DNA of 64,000 bases from positions 155,098 through 219,097 of the forward strand of contig OY761459.1 of the NCBI GenBank assembly GCA_963664485.1, read 5' to 3'. Of this stretch, positions 18,045 through 27,377 are shown piece by piece; within the stretch, counting starts at the first letter, position 1; every line of letters starts with the position of its first letter. Under the pieces are notes generated by a model. It was not told where the DNA came from, ran no database searches, and was given only the letters and a program-made list of their open reading frames with translations. The DNA is from Syntrophales bacterium (GTDB taxonomy: Bacteria; Desulfobacterota; Syntrophia; Syntrophales; UBA2210). A program made the translations under genes and the position numbers.

Positions 18045-19075
18045 GCAGCATACCTCTCAAGATACCATTCTACGAATTTTTTTATTCCCTCTTCTATCGT
18101 CGTCGAAGGTTTAAATCCCGTGTCTTCGGTAAGACCTTTCACGTCGGCGAAGGTCGCGGGGACGTCGCCAGGTTGAAGAGGAAGCATGTTCTTTTCCGCC
18201 TCGATGCCGAGGACGTCTTCCAGGGTTTCGATAAATCTCATCAACTCGACGGGATTGTTGTTTCCGATGTTGTATATCCGGTAAGGCGCGAAGCTTGTTC
18301 CGGGGTCCGGCCTCTCGCCGCTCCAGGCTGGATCCGGCGCCGGTATCCGGTCCATTATCCTGACGACACCCTCGATTATGTCATCGATATAGGTAAAATC
18401 TCTCCTCATCATGCCGTGATTATAGATATCTATCGGTCTTTTGTTGAGAATCGCGTCGGTGAAAAGGAAAAGGGCCATGTCGGGCCTTCCCCAGGGACCG
18501 TATACGGTGAAGAACCGCAGGCCGGTGCAGGGGATTTTGTAAAGGGACGCGTAGGAGTGCGCCATGAGTTCGTTAGCTTTCTTTGTGGCGGCGTACAGGC
18601 TTACCGGGTGATCTACGTTCTGATGGACCGAGAAGGGCATCGCGGTGTTCGCGCCGTAGACGGAACTGGACGAGGCAAATACGAGATGCGGCACGTTCGC
18701 GTGACGGCATCCTTCGAGAATGTTGATAAAGCCGGAAAGGTTGCTGTTCACGTACGCGTGGGGATTCTCGAGGCTGTAACGCACACCCGCCTGTGCGGCC
18801 AGGTGAACAACGCGGTCGAATACGTGACCGGCGAAGAGCTGTTCCATTCCCTCCCGGTCGGAAAGATCGAGGCGGATAAAGGTGAATTTTTCGCAGGGCC
18901 TGAGGATATCTAGGCGGTCCTCTTTCAACCTTACATCATAGTAGCTGTTGAGGTTGTCGATGCCGACGACATGGTGACCGTCGTTCAAGAGACGCCTGCA
19001 CAGGTGGAAACCGATGAAACCCGCGGCACCGGTAACGAGAATACAATTTTGGATTTTGGATTTTGAATTTTTAAT
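18041..19075 (-). CDS. UDP-glucuronate 4-epimerase-like NAD-dependent epimerase; start codon uncertain
   Basis: [38 protein letters not shown]; the frame extends upstream of the track start through [11 protein letters not shown] with no in-frame ATG/GTG/TTG (ATT at 19075). Confidence 0.88.
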   Translation of the reverse strand: MKNSKSKIQNCILVTGAAGFIGFHLCRRLLNDGHHVVGIDNLNSYYDVRLKEDRLDILRPCEKFTFIRLDLSDREGMEQLFAGHVFDRVVHLAAQAGVRYSLENPHAYVNSNLSGFINILEGCRHANVPHLVFASSSSVYGANTAMPFSVHQNVDHPVSLYAATKKANELMAHSYASLYKIPCTGLRFFTVYGPWGRPDMALFLFTDAILNKRPIDIYNHGMMRRDFTYIDDIIEGVVRIMDRIPAPDPAWSGERPDPGTSFAPYRIYNIGNNNPVELMRFIETLEDVLGIEAEKNMLPLQPGDVPATFADVKGLTEDTGFKPSTTIEEGIKKFVEWYLERYAA

Positions 19076-19750
19076 GGAAACACCTTGAATGCAATTTGCA
19101 ATGTTTAATGTTTAATGGTTAATTATTATTGCGGCAATTAAAGAGATTAAAAAGGGTTCAGGGTTCAAGGGGCCGAGGGTCCAAGGAACTGCTGTCATAA
19201 TTACTGCGGCAACAATATATGTCAAAGTTGTCATTCCGGTGCAAACCGGAATCCAGCCCCTTTTTGTCATTCCGTGCACGCGAAGCACGACACGGAATCA
19301 AATGTTATTTTTCTGGATACCGGCCTTCGCCGGTATGACGATATGAGATTGACTGCAATTTCAAATTTTTAATGGTTGAATGTTTGATTATTACTGCGGC
19401 AATTAAAGAGGTTAAAGGCAGGGTTCAAGGGGCCGAGGGTCCAAGGAACTGCTGTCATAATTACTCCGGCAACAATATATGTCAAAGTTGTCATTCCGGT
19501 GCAAACCGGAATCCAGCCCCTTTTTGTCATTCCGTGCACGCGAAGCACGACACGGAATCCAGTGTTATCAGGCAAGTTCCCATATTCCCCCTGCTTGACA
19601 CGGGAGCATCCAATGTTATTTTTCTGGATACCGGATTTCTCCGGTATGACGAAAAAAAAGAACTGGATTGCGGCGTCCGCCGGAATAGCGGTACGAACTA
19701 ACTGAAAAGCGTTTCATTAAGCATTAAACATTCAAAATTAATAATTGCCA
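19047..19750. repeat. Composite repeat island with a tandem duplication of the ~220-bp element
   Basis: Copies at ~19105-19340 and ~19372-19570, heptamer tracts at both ends in opposite orientation, extra family A units at 19624-19686. Confidence 0.92.
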
Positions 19751-19808
19751 TTAGATACAGCTCCGCCTCCTGAATTACATCAGAAGTTGCGTCGGGGGCG
19801 GCAGGCGC

Positions 19809-20153
19809 CTAAAACCGGCCCTTCGTTTCTTTTTTCAGTTGTTCTATCTCTTCCTTCAGCTGGTCGTACTCCCGCATCTTTCTCTTGAGAAAACGGTAGG
19901 TTATTTTTGCTTTTTCCTCGAGACCATGCGGCGTAAGCACATAAAAGTAGGCGCTTTTTTTATTACTTTCATTGAAAAGGCTTGCCTTCACGAACCCTTT
20001 TTCTATAAGTGCTTTGACAATGTAGTTGACTTTGCCCAGGCTGATACCCAGCCTGGAAGACAGCTCTCGCTGAGTTATGCTGGGAGACGATTCCAACTCT
20101 TTCAAGAGTTGGAGAAGCTCTCCATCTTTAAGATCGCCTGCCTGGTTCTGCAT
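19809..20153 (-). CDS. MarR-family EPS-associated transcriptional regulator
   Basis: TQRELS..LGISLGKVNY..KALIEKG.VK...Y.Y.LTP.G.EEK; GGAGG RBS; heads the EPS operon. Confidence 0.92.
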   Translation of the reverse strand: MQNQAGDLKDGELLQLLKELESSPSITQRELSSRLGISLGKVNYIVKALIEKGFVKASLFNESNKKSAYFYVLTPHGLEEKAKITYRFLKRKMREYDQLKEEIEQLKKETKGRF

Positions 20154-20203
20154 ATGTAGCCTCCGTTCCGTATTACGAATAAGAGTTTACAACCTGCAAG
20201 CCA

Positions 20204-20255
20204 TGTTCAATTGTTGAACAGAGTGAATATTAGAGATACCGAAATTTAAAGTCAA
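20204..20255 (-). promoter_or_regulatory. Sigma70 promoter with downstream operator palindrome
   Basis: TTGACT-17 nt-TAATAT (20255-20227); TGTTCAA-N3-TTGAACA at 20204-20220. Confidence 0.65.
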
Positions 20256-20276
20256 GTTAAAAAACAGAAAATTTTT

Positions 20277-21869
20277 TCAGGCGTCGACGCGGTTATTATG
20301 TGTCCAGTACCACGCGATATTGCTTCCGACACGCCTTGACCTGATGTATCCGGCGCCGATAAAATCCTCTATGGTTGCGCGTACCAGTCCGGAATGAAAA
20401 CCGGTCGCATGTTCGATTGCACCGCACAGCATTGCGACCGCACTGCCGTTTGAAAGGTTACGCACGGGAAAACAGCCGCAGGTTTCGATCAGATCTTCCG
20501 ACAGGAGCCTGTAGACAAGCTGCATCCTGAAGTGCCCTTCGATCCTGAAGGTATCTTCCGGCACCCCTCTCCCCGCCCTGTAATCCAGTATCTTCTTTTC
20601 CCATTCGTCGTTTATTTCCATGTCGAATTCCCTGACGAATGCTTCAATATCTTCGGGCGCGAGTTTCGATGTCCTGACGATGGCACTGTTTGCGTCGTAC
20701 CTCTCCCAGTTATCGGTCAGTATTTCGAGATCGTATTCCTCGATGCTTTCACGCACGGTGGTCCCGGGAAACGGCGCAAGAAAATGGTATCCGTGGGGTA
20801 TGCCGAGGCTACGTGAAAATTCCCGCGTGTCCCTGAGCGTTTCGACAGTTTCTCCGGGAAGACCGACCATGAAGGATGCATGGGCCAGGATGCCCGTTTC
20901 CCCGCACAGCCTGACCGCGTTGCGTGCCTGCTCCAGCGTGATGCCTTTCCTGATACGCTTGAGCATCTCCGGATTTCCGGATTCGATGCCGAAACTGATA
21001 CTGTCGCATCCGGCTTCACGCATAATCTCGAGAATTTCGCGGTCGACGGTATTGACACGTGAGAAGGCACTCCATTTGAACTCGAACCCGCGTCTTATGA
21101 TCTCTCCGCATAATCCGCAGACCCGTGCCTTGTTCGATGTAAAAAGGTCGTCCGCTATATTTATCCTGGAAATTCCATAGGCGAGTATCCGCTCTATCTC
21201 GTCCATGACATGTTCCACCGTCCGGTAGCGGACTTTCTTTCCCACCATGCGTCTCCCCTGGCAGAATATGCACGAGTTCGGACATCCCCTGCTCGTTATT
21301 ATGCTGACTGGAAAACCGAGGGCATTATACCGTGACATGGGCAGGAGATGCCGTGCAGGCATGGGGATGGAATCGAGATCATCGATCAGTTCCCTCGGGC
21401 GCGTGACAACGATCCCGCCCTCCCCTCTGAAAGCGAGTCCCGCTATGTCGGGCCACGCGTTTCTGTCCGCCAGCCGGGGAACAAGTTCCATTATGGTTCT
21501 TTCCCCTTCTCCGATGACCAGCAGGTCTATTTCAGGACAGGTCGCGAGCGTATTTTCGGCATCGAACGAAACGTGGGGACCGCCCATAACGGTCACCACG
21601 GAGGGTCTGTGCTTTTTGGCGGTCCTCATTATACCTGCGGCGACCGGAAAATTCATGGTTACAGAGGTAGCGCCGATGACATCGGGCTCGAATGCGTCGA
21701 TCGCGTTTTTCAGCTTCTCCGGCGTGTAACGGGATACGATATAATCCATTATCTTTACGTTACACCTGGCCGCTTCAAACGCGGCTGCGACGTAAGAGAC
21801 GCCCAGCGGAGGAGCCGGGGCCTCCTCGAGAGGATATGGAGGAGCGATAATGGCAATATTCACGGCCAA
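20277..21869 (-). CDS. B12-binding radical SAM protein
   Basis: PPLGVSYVAA, MGGPH, TSRGCPNSCIFC (CxxxCxxC), ADDLF, GIESG. Confidence 0.92.
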   Translation of the reverse strand: MAVNIAIIAPPYPLEEAPAPPLGVSYVAAAFEAARCNVKIMDYIVSRYTPEKLKNAIDAFEPDVIGATSVTMNFPVAAGIMRTAKKHRPSVVTVMGGPHVSFDAENTLATCPEIDLLVIGEGERTIMELVPRLADRNAWPDIAGLAFRGEGGIVVTRPRELIDDLDSIPMPARHLLPMSRYNALGFPVSIITSRGCPNSCIFCQGRRMVGKKVRYRTVEHVMDEIERILAYGISRINIADDLFTSNKARVCGLCGEIIRRGFEFKWSAFSRVNTVDREILEIMREAGCDSISFGIESGNPEMLKRIRKGITLEQARNAVRLCGETGILAHASFMVGLPGETVETLRDTREFSRSLGIPHGYHFLAPFPGTTVRESIEEYDLEILTDNWERYDANSAIVRTSKLAPEDIEAFVREFDMEINDEWEKKILDYRAGRGVPEDTFRIEGHFRMQLVYRLLSEDLIETCGCFPVRNLSNGSAVAMLCGAIEHATGFHSGLVRATIEDFIGAGYIRSRRVGSNIAWYWTHNNRVDA

Positions 21870-21917
21870 ACCGGTATTCCGGGGAATCGCAGGATACGTC
21901 CCCTGTTTCTGCCGTTA

Positions 21918-22829
21918 TCAGGCGATTTGATATTCTCTCATAAGGTTCTCTATCTGTTCGTCCTTTTTATGCCAGAACCCGCTCACCCATGCCTGGAACC
22001 GTTTCCGAAAGTCAGGATCATCCTGATAATCTCCCGAGAGGAATTCCTCCGGGATTGTCAGCTTGTTCACTCTTATAATAATCCGGGAAACGCGGCCGCA
22101 GATAAAATCCCAGAATTTGCCGGATCCTGGCCCTTTGGGATACACGATCGTTACATCGAGTATATTGGTTATTCTGCCGGCCATCGCGCTGATGGCGAAG
22201 GCCAGTCCGCCCGCTTTCGGACGCAGAAGGTGACGGTAGGGGGATTTCTGGCGATCGTGTTTTTCCTGTGTAAACCGTGTTCCCTCTATGAAATTCATTA
22301 TGGAAACGGGAGAATTTTTGTACCGGGCACAAGCCTTCCGGGTCGTCTCCAGATCGGCACCGCGAAGCTCGGGATGTTTTTTAATAAATTCCTTTGAATG
22401 GCGCTTCATGAACGGGTAATCCAGCGCCCACCATGCGGTCCCTAACATGGGCACCCAGAAGAGTTCCTTCTTGAGAAAAAATTTAAGGAAGGGAATCCGG
22501 CCGACAAGTACCTTGAAGATAACAATGATATCCGTCCAGTGCTGATGATTGCTGTTGACAAAATACCACTCGCCTGGGTCGAGATTGTCGATTCCCTGAA
22601 TATCCCACGAAACCTTTTGCGTAAGCTTGAGAATCGATATAATCCCCCACATCCAGATTGTCGCTACTTTCATCAGCATACGCCCGCATACCCGTTGCCA
22701 GGCAGGCAGGCGTATGAGAAATTTCAACAACGAAAGGATATAGACAGGAACCATGGCCAAAGCCGTATTCAACGTCATAAGCACAATCGTTATAACACCC
22801 AGAAGATGTGACGGCAGAAAAGAGAGCAC
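21918..22829 (-). CDS. YihG-like lysophospholipid acyltransferase
   Basis: NHQHWTD (HxxxxD), FFLKKEL, FIEGTR, LLRPKAGG. Confidence 0.9.
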   Translation of the reverse strand: MLSFLPSHLLGVITIVLMTLNTALAMVPVYILSLLKFLIRLPAWQRVCGRMLMKVATIWMWGIISILKLTQKVSWDIQGIDNLDPGEWYFVNSNHQHWTDIIVIFKVLVGRIPFLKFFLKKELFWVPMLGTAWWALDYPFMKRHSKEFIKKHPELRGADLETTRKACARYKNSPVSIMNFIEGTRFTQEKHDRQKSPYRHLLRPKAGGLAFAISAMAGRITNILDVTIVYPKGPGSGKFWDFICGRVSRIIIRVNKLTIPEEFLSGDYQDDPDFRKRFQAWVSGFWHKKDEQIENLMREYQIA

Positions 22830-22840
22830 GGCAACACCTC

Positions 22841-23419
22841 CTAGAACTTTACTTCCTGGACCCCTTTCGCGGATTCGGGAACATCGAAGAACGTCGCCTT
22901 CGTGAAACCAAACATGCCGGCCATTATATTGGCAGGAAAGGTCCTTATCTTGATGTTATACGTCTTTACCGCTTCATTATAGCGTCTACGTTCAACCGCG
23001 ATCCTGTTTTCCGTACCAGCCAGTTCATCCTGAAGACTGAGGAAGTTCTGATTCGATTTGATATCGGGATACCGTTCGACGGTGACAAGCAGCCTGCTCA
23101 ATGCACCGGCCAACTGGTTGTTTGCCGCTATTTTATCGGGAACGCTATTTGCCCCGGCAACTTTGGACCTGGCCTCGGTAACACCGATAAAAACTTCCTT
23201 TTCCTGTGCGGCAAAGCCTTTCACCGTTTCCACGAGGTTAGGTATAAGGTCGTATCTCCGCTGCAACTGATTCTCCACCTGGGCCCACGACGCCTTTACC
23301 CCCTCGTCGAGGGTTACAAAGCTGTTGTAAACACCCTTGATACCGGAATAGATAATCAGTATGACCGACAATACGACAACTATTTTGATTATAAGCTTCT
23401 TTTTAGTAGCTTCCGTCAT
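22841..23419 (-). CDS. lemA: LemA family protein
   Basis: WAQVENQLQRRYDLIPNLV, ERYPD.K, ENRIAVERRRYN. Confidence 0.95.
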   Translation of the reverse strand: MTEATKKKLIIKIVVVLSVILIIYSGIKGVYNSFVTLDEGVKASWAQVENQLQRRYDLIPNLVETVKGFAAQEKEVFIGVTEARSKVAGANSVPDKIAANNQLAGALSRLLVTVERYPDIKSNQNFLSLQDELAGTENRIAVERRRYNEAVKTYNIKIRTFPANIMAGMFGFTKATFFDVPESAKGVQEVKF

Positions 23420-23503
23420 TTGTATGCTCCTTCCTGCTTTTTAAATGCTAGTACCCGGATATTTCCGGGCAAAGAACCTGCCTCTTGTAAATCCTCTTTC
23501 CGA

Positions 23504-24229
23504 TTATTCCAGCTTGTCGACAAATTCCCACAATTTTCTTGCCTCCGCCAGGTACGCCATAAAAAGCGCGTTTACCTCGGAAGAGGCATATTTTTTCTTT
23601 TCTTCCTTTATGTCAAGACATTTCATAAAAACACTTCCGTCAACCGGGATTTCACGGGCAAGCGCCTCCACGATCTCCCGCCTGGAAAGGGAAATATTCG
23701 AGCCCTTGAGATAGAGGATCCCGCCAAATATAGAAACAAAAGCGGTTATCGATTCCCGTATCAGTCCTTCTATCAGCCTGGCTTTCCCCTCTGTTTCCAG
23801 AAATCGTTCCCTCAGGAGCAGTAATTTGCCCTTGATCTCGCGTTCGCATTGCAGTCTCAGATGAGCGGGTTCGAAGATTATGTCTTTCAGCACATCTTCG
23901 CCGTGCACGAGGACATACTCCTTTTGCATATTGAGGAACTCGAGCGGATACGAATCCAGAGAAGAGTTAATGTAGGATTTCGTCATGAACAGCGGGGTTG
24001 CCACGTTCCTCTTCCGCCACCTGGAAACCGTTTCCATAGCCTTATCAAGGCGATCGATGGCCTCTTCCGAAAGTATTATCATAAAATTCAGGTCCGATTT
24101 TCCCGGTCTGTAGTCTCCTCCCGCCGCACTGCCGTAAAGGACAACCGACACGAGGGCATCGCCGTATATCTTTCGGTAATCCGCAACGATATCGGGGAAT
24201 ATTTCTTCCGGTTTGTCTATTTTTGCCAT
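23504..24229 (-). CDS. Nucleotidyltransferase-domain protein
   Basis: LYGSAA.GDY...SD.N motif, YPLEF, LRLQCERE; lies between TPM and lemA genes. Confidence 0.8.
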   Translation of the reverse strand: MAKIDKPEEIFPDIVADYRKIYGDALVSVVLYGSAAGGDYRPGKSDLNFMIILSEEAIDRLDKAMETVSRWRKRNVATPLFMTKSYINSSLDSYPLEFLNMQKEYVLVHGEDVLKDIIFEPAHLRLQCEREIKGKLLLLRERFLETEGKARLIEGLIRESITAFVSIFGGILYLKGSNISLSRREIVEALAREIPVDGSVFMKCLDIKEEKKKYASSEVNALFMAYLAEARKLWEFVDKLE

Positions 24230-24276
24230 TTTTCCGACTTCCTCCGTAATATTAAAAATCGGCCCGGTTCAGAGAA

Positions 24277-25089
24277 TCAGAATCCTCGCCCGGCACCGCC
24301 GCCGCCGCTCATGCCGCCGCCGAAACCGCCGAAACCGCCGCCGAAACCGCCGCCGAAACCACCGCCCCCTCTGCCGCCCATCATCAGCATAAGGATAATA
24401 AAGGGGAGCATCCTTCTTCCCTGCCTGGTACCGAGCAGGAGAGATAAAACAAGAAAAAGTATTATAAGGGAGAAGATATTAACGCCTTTCTGCTCTTTCG
24501 GCACCGGCTGTTGACGTGTCTGAGGCACGCCGGTCAGCGAAACCCCGGCATCTTTGGCTATTACCGACGACACGGCAGCCATCGCACCCGCCAATCCTTT
24601 GTCATAATCCCCCTTGCTGAGATAAGAAACCACGTACCGGTCGAGTATGTTTCCGACGAGACCGTCCGGCAGTATGCCTTCGACTCCGTATCCCGTTTCA
24701 ATCCTGATCCTTCTCTCTTTGACGGCAAGAAATATCAGGACCCCCTTGTCCTCGCCTTTTTTGCCTATGCCCCATGTTTCGTACAATCTGTTCGCGTAGT
24801 CGTCGGGACTGTTATCCCCGATCTCCTTCATGGTAACCACTACTACCGAAGTTCCCGTCTTTTCAAGAACCTCCCGTGCCAGGGATTCCATAGATTGCGA
24901 GTATCTTTGCGAGATAACCCCCGCGAAATCGTTGACTGCGCCTCCCATCGGCCGCGGGAAATCGCCTCCATACACACAGGTGGCGATCAGATATATCATC
25001 AAAGCCACAATGAATGAACCAACTGTTTTCTTATTGAATCTCCCCGCAACAAGTTGCGGGGAATCTCCGACTGCTAAGGAATTTTTCAT
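24277..25089 (-). CDS. TPM-domain protein (YgcG-like) with Gly-rich tail
   Basis: VNDFAGVI, WGIG..G.D.GVLI, IETGYG.EG.LPD, FGGFGGG.SGGGGAG; N-terminus supplied by an inserted element. Confidence 0.9.
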   Translation of the reverse strand: MKNSLAVGDSPQLVAGRFNKKTVGSFIVALMIYLIATCVYGGDFPRPMGGAVNDFAGVISQRYSQSMESLAREVLEKTGTSVVVVTMKEIGDNSPDDYANRLYETWGIGKKGEDKGVLIFLAVKERRIRIETGYGVEGILPDGLVGNILDRYVVSYLSKGDYDKGLAGAMAAVSSVIAKDAGVSLTGVPQTRQQPVPKEQKGVNIFSLIILFLVLSLLLGTRQGRRMLPFIILMLMMGGRGGGGFGGGFGGGFGGFGGGMSGGGGAGRGF

Positions 25090-25150
25090 TTTTTATTCGC
25101 TCGCTACCCCCGCCGCAAGCAGCGGGGAGTGCATTCGCTGTTCAGTTTAA
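25034..25150. mobile_element. ~117-bp non-autonomous element with two CCCCGC..GCGGGG hairpins
   Basis: Hairpins at 25041-25062 and ~25107-25127, ends TTGAA...TTTAA; internally deleted relative at 13824-13851. Confidence 0.65.
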
Positions 25151-25330
25151 ACCAGAATCGTCCTCCACGGGATCTCGAAAACACATACAAGAAGATTACG
25201 CACTTTTCAACCGCCTTTTCATCCCATCCGGCGGGTTATTACTGCCACGAACCCGGCATGCCGGGATAACCGGGCGTTTCAATTTCCGCATCTTGCCACA
25301 GTTGGATATAACAAAGCAACCCCTTTCACT

Positions 25331-25762
25331 TTATTACTCCGGCAACAATATGACAGCAGTTCCTTGGACCCTTGAACCCTTGGCCCCTTGAACCCTTGGA
25401 CCCTTGAACCCTTGGACCCTTGAACCCCCGGCCCCTTGAACCCTTGAACCCTGCCTTTAACCTCTTTAATTACCGTAAGTAATAATCAAAGATTCAACAT
25501 TAAACATTCAACATTGTACTCAAGTTCCTTCGTCATTCCGGTGAAAACCGGAATCCAGAAACTGTCTGGTAACACTGGATTCCGTGTCTTGCTTCGCGTG
25601 CACGGAATGACGACTTTGACATATATTGTTACCGGAGTAATTATGACAGCAGTTCCTTGAACCCTTGGCCCCTTGAACCCTTGAACCCTTAGAGCCCTTG
25701 AACCCTGCCTTTAGCCTCTCTAATTACCGTAAGTAATAATCAAAGATTCAACATTAAACATT
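25331..25762. repeat. Composite repeat island (TIR-bounded octamer modules, family A units, heptamers), inverted relative to the 12.7/19.1/34.4 kb copies
   Basis: ttattactccggcaac (25331)...ttaccgtaagtaataa (25485); second module ends ~25740. Confidence 0.92.
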
Positions 25763-25772
25763 GAGAATTGTC

Positions 25773-25801
25773 TTGACTTTTTCTCATGCCAAACCTATTT
25801 T
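25773..25801 (+). promoter_or_regulatory. Putative sigma70 promoter
   Basis: TTGACT-17 nt-TATTTT, 47 nt upstream of ATG 25849. Confidence 0.5.
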
Positions 25802-25848
25802 AATTACTCTTTTTCAGGACCGTATCTTACGGGAGCCGATCGCAGGGA

Positions 25849-26205
25849 ATGAAAATATATTTAAACAATCTACTGAAAACGCTGTTGATTGTGTTACTGT
25901 TTTTGTTCGTCGCGGGGAATCTTCCGCTTACTGCCCGAAACGCCGAGGCCGGATGAAGAGACCCGAGGGTGACCGTGCATGTCACCCCAGAGGGAAGTGG
26001 AACCGTCGGAGTAAACGGCGTCGAATATAAATCTCCGGTGAGAGTGCCGGACAACTCAACAGTATCGTTCAGGGCGAAAGCCGCTAAGGGATACAGATTC
26101 GTATGCTGGGACGAGGCATTGTCGGGGGCCAAGAACCCGACCACATATCACGTTACCTGCAATACAAAGGTCACCGCCGTCTTTGAGCCCGTTCCGCAAC
26201 AGTAA
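25849..26205 (+). CDS. Candidate secreted selenoprotein with InlB B-repeat-like (Flg_new_2-type) domain; UGA at codon 36
   Basis: MKIYLNNLLKTLLIVLLFLFVAGNLPLTARNAEAG-(TGA 25954)-RDPRVTVHVTPEGSGTV...A..GYRF..W...LSG..NP......N..VTAVF, all in one frame. Confidence 0.78.
25954..25987 (+). promoter_or_regulatory. SECIS-like hairpin
   Basis: TGA + 10 nt + GGGTGAC-cgtgcat-GTCACCC (perfect 7-bp stem, G in loop). Confidence 0.7.
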
Positions 26206-26428
26206 AAGCAGGGCAACACGGCCGAAAGCAGGCAGACGCTTCGCGACAATAATAGGAAAAAATTTCATTTCCCGGCTCGCCCGGCAAAAAGCCCCGGCTC
26301 TGAAATGTTGCTTCGTGAACCGGCCCGGGCATTAAACACAAGTTGTCAGTGCCGGTTTTTGCGCTTGACATGTCGTGCAAAGTGGTATAGGAACTGCGCT
26401 TCGAAATTTTACAAGGGAGGAACTATTT

Positions 26429-26692
26429 TTGGCAAACAACAAATCCGCGGAAAAAAGGGCCCGGCAGAGCGAAAAACGGAGAATGAGAAACACCTCTGCG
26501 AGGACACGTGTAAAAACGGGTGTTAAGGCTGTGCTTGCTTCTGTAGAGGAAAAAGATGCGGAAAAAGCACGCAAGGTCCTGATCGACACAACGAAAATAA
26601 TAGATAAGGCTTCGGCCAGAGGGATCTTTCATAAGAACACGGCATCCCGTAAAATATCGAGATTGACAAAGAAAGTAAACGCCCTCGGATAG
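26429..26692 (+). CDS. rpsT: 30S ribosomal protein S20
   Basis: MANNKSAEKRARQSEKRR.RN...KT..K...IDKA...GI.HKNTASRK.SRL; TTG start after GGAGG. Confidence 0.96.
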   Translation: MANNKSAEKRARQSEKRRMRNTSARTRVKTGVKAVLASVEEKDAEKARKVLIDTTKIIDKASARGIFHKNTASRKISRLTKKVNALG

Positions 26693-26702
26693 GCGTTCGG
26701 CA

Positions 26703-27218
26703 TCAGAATCCCGACATGATATTCCGGTAAGCCTTGTCTGCCATATCTACCGACAGTTTCATAATGGCATTTCTTTTGTTCTCAGCGGTTACCGCGGTAT
26801 CGACTTCGACTTTAAAGGCCTCTCTTCCGGAGAGGCCGTCGCTTATACAGATAACCTCGCCGTTATCGGCACGTTTAAATACCACATCCAGCGTCATGGA
26901 GACGCTATCTTCTTTCGTCACATCGGCAATGCTGTAGGCAAGATGAGCCGTGGTAATGCCGCTTATCTGTCCGGTCAGGAGCGCGTCCGCAAGGTTTCTG
27001 TCGGAAACGGGAGTGAATCTGCCTCCTTTCCTGAAACGATCGAAAAATGCATTTCTTACATAGTTTTCAACATTCGCTTCACTGGTCCTGTTAACGAAAT
27101 TGCCTATAAACACCTTCCGTATGCCGGCATCTATGTGTTCCCCTCCCGGAGAAACATGATACCCGCACCCCGGACAGGCCAGCAGCATCAGGATATATAT
27201 AATGAAAAAATTTTTCAT
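26703..27218 (-). CDS. lptE: LptE family LPS-assembly lipoprotein
   Basis: Lipobox ..GCGY, F.NRT.E; directly downstream of leuS. Confidence 0.8.
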   Translation of the reverse strand: MKNFFIIYILMLLACPGCGYHVSPGGEHIDAGIRKVFIGNFVNRTSEANVENYVRNAFFDRFRKGGRFTPVSDRNLADALLTGQISGITTAHLAYSIADVTKEDSVSMTLDVVFKRADNGEVICISDGLSGREAFKVEVDTAVTAENKRNAIMKLSVDMADKAYRNIMSGF

Positions 27219-27244
27219 GAGAAACCTTTTGTCCAAAGAGTTTC

Positions 27245-27377
27245 CCCCTTGGCCCCTCCCCTTGGACCCCTCGAATCCTCTTGAATCCTCGAACCCTCGA
27301 ATCTTTGGCCCCTCGACCCCTTGAATCCTCGAACCCTCGAATCTTTGGCCCCTCGAATCCTTGACCCCTCGACCCCT
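27245..27377. repeat. Orphan family B octamer array between leuS and lptE
   Basis: ttgaatcc/tcgaaccc/ttggcccc units; 40-bp-period duplication at 27281 and 27321. Confidence 0.92.

Noticed and set aside
24289-24378. GCC-rich tandem repeat
   Set aside because: Encodes the normal Gly-rich tail of TPM proteins
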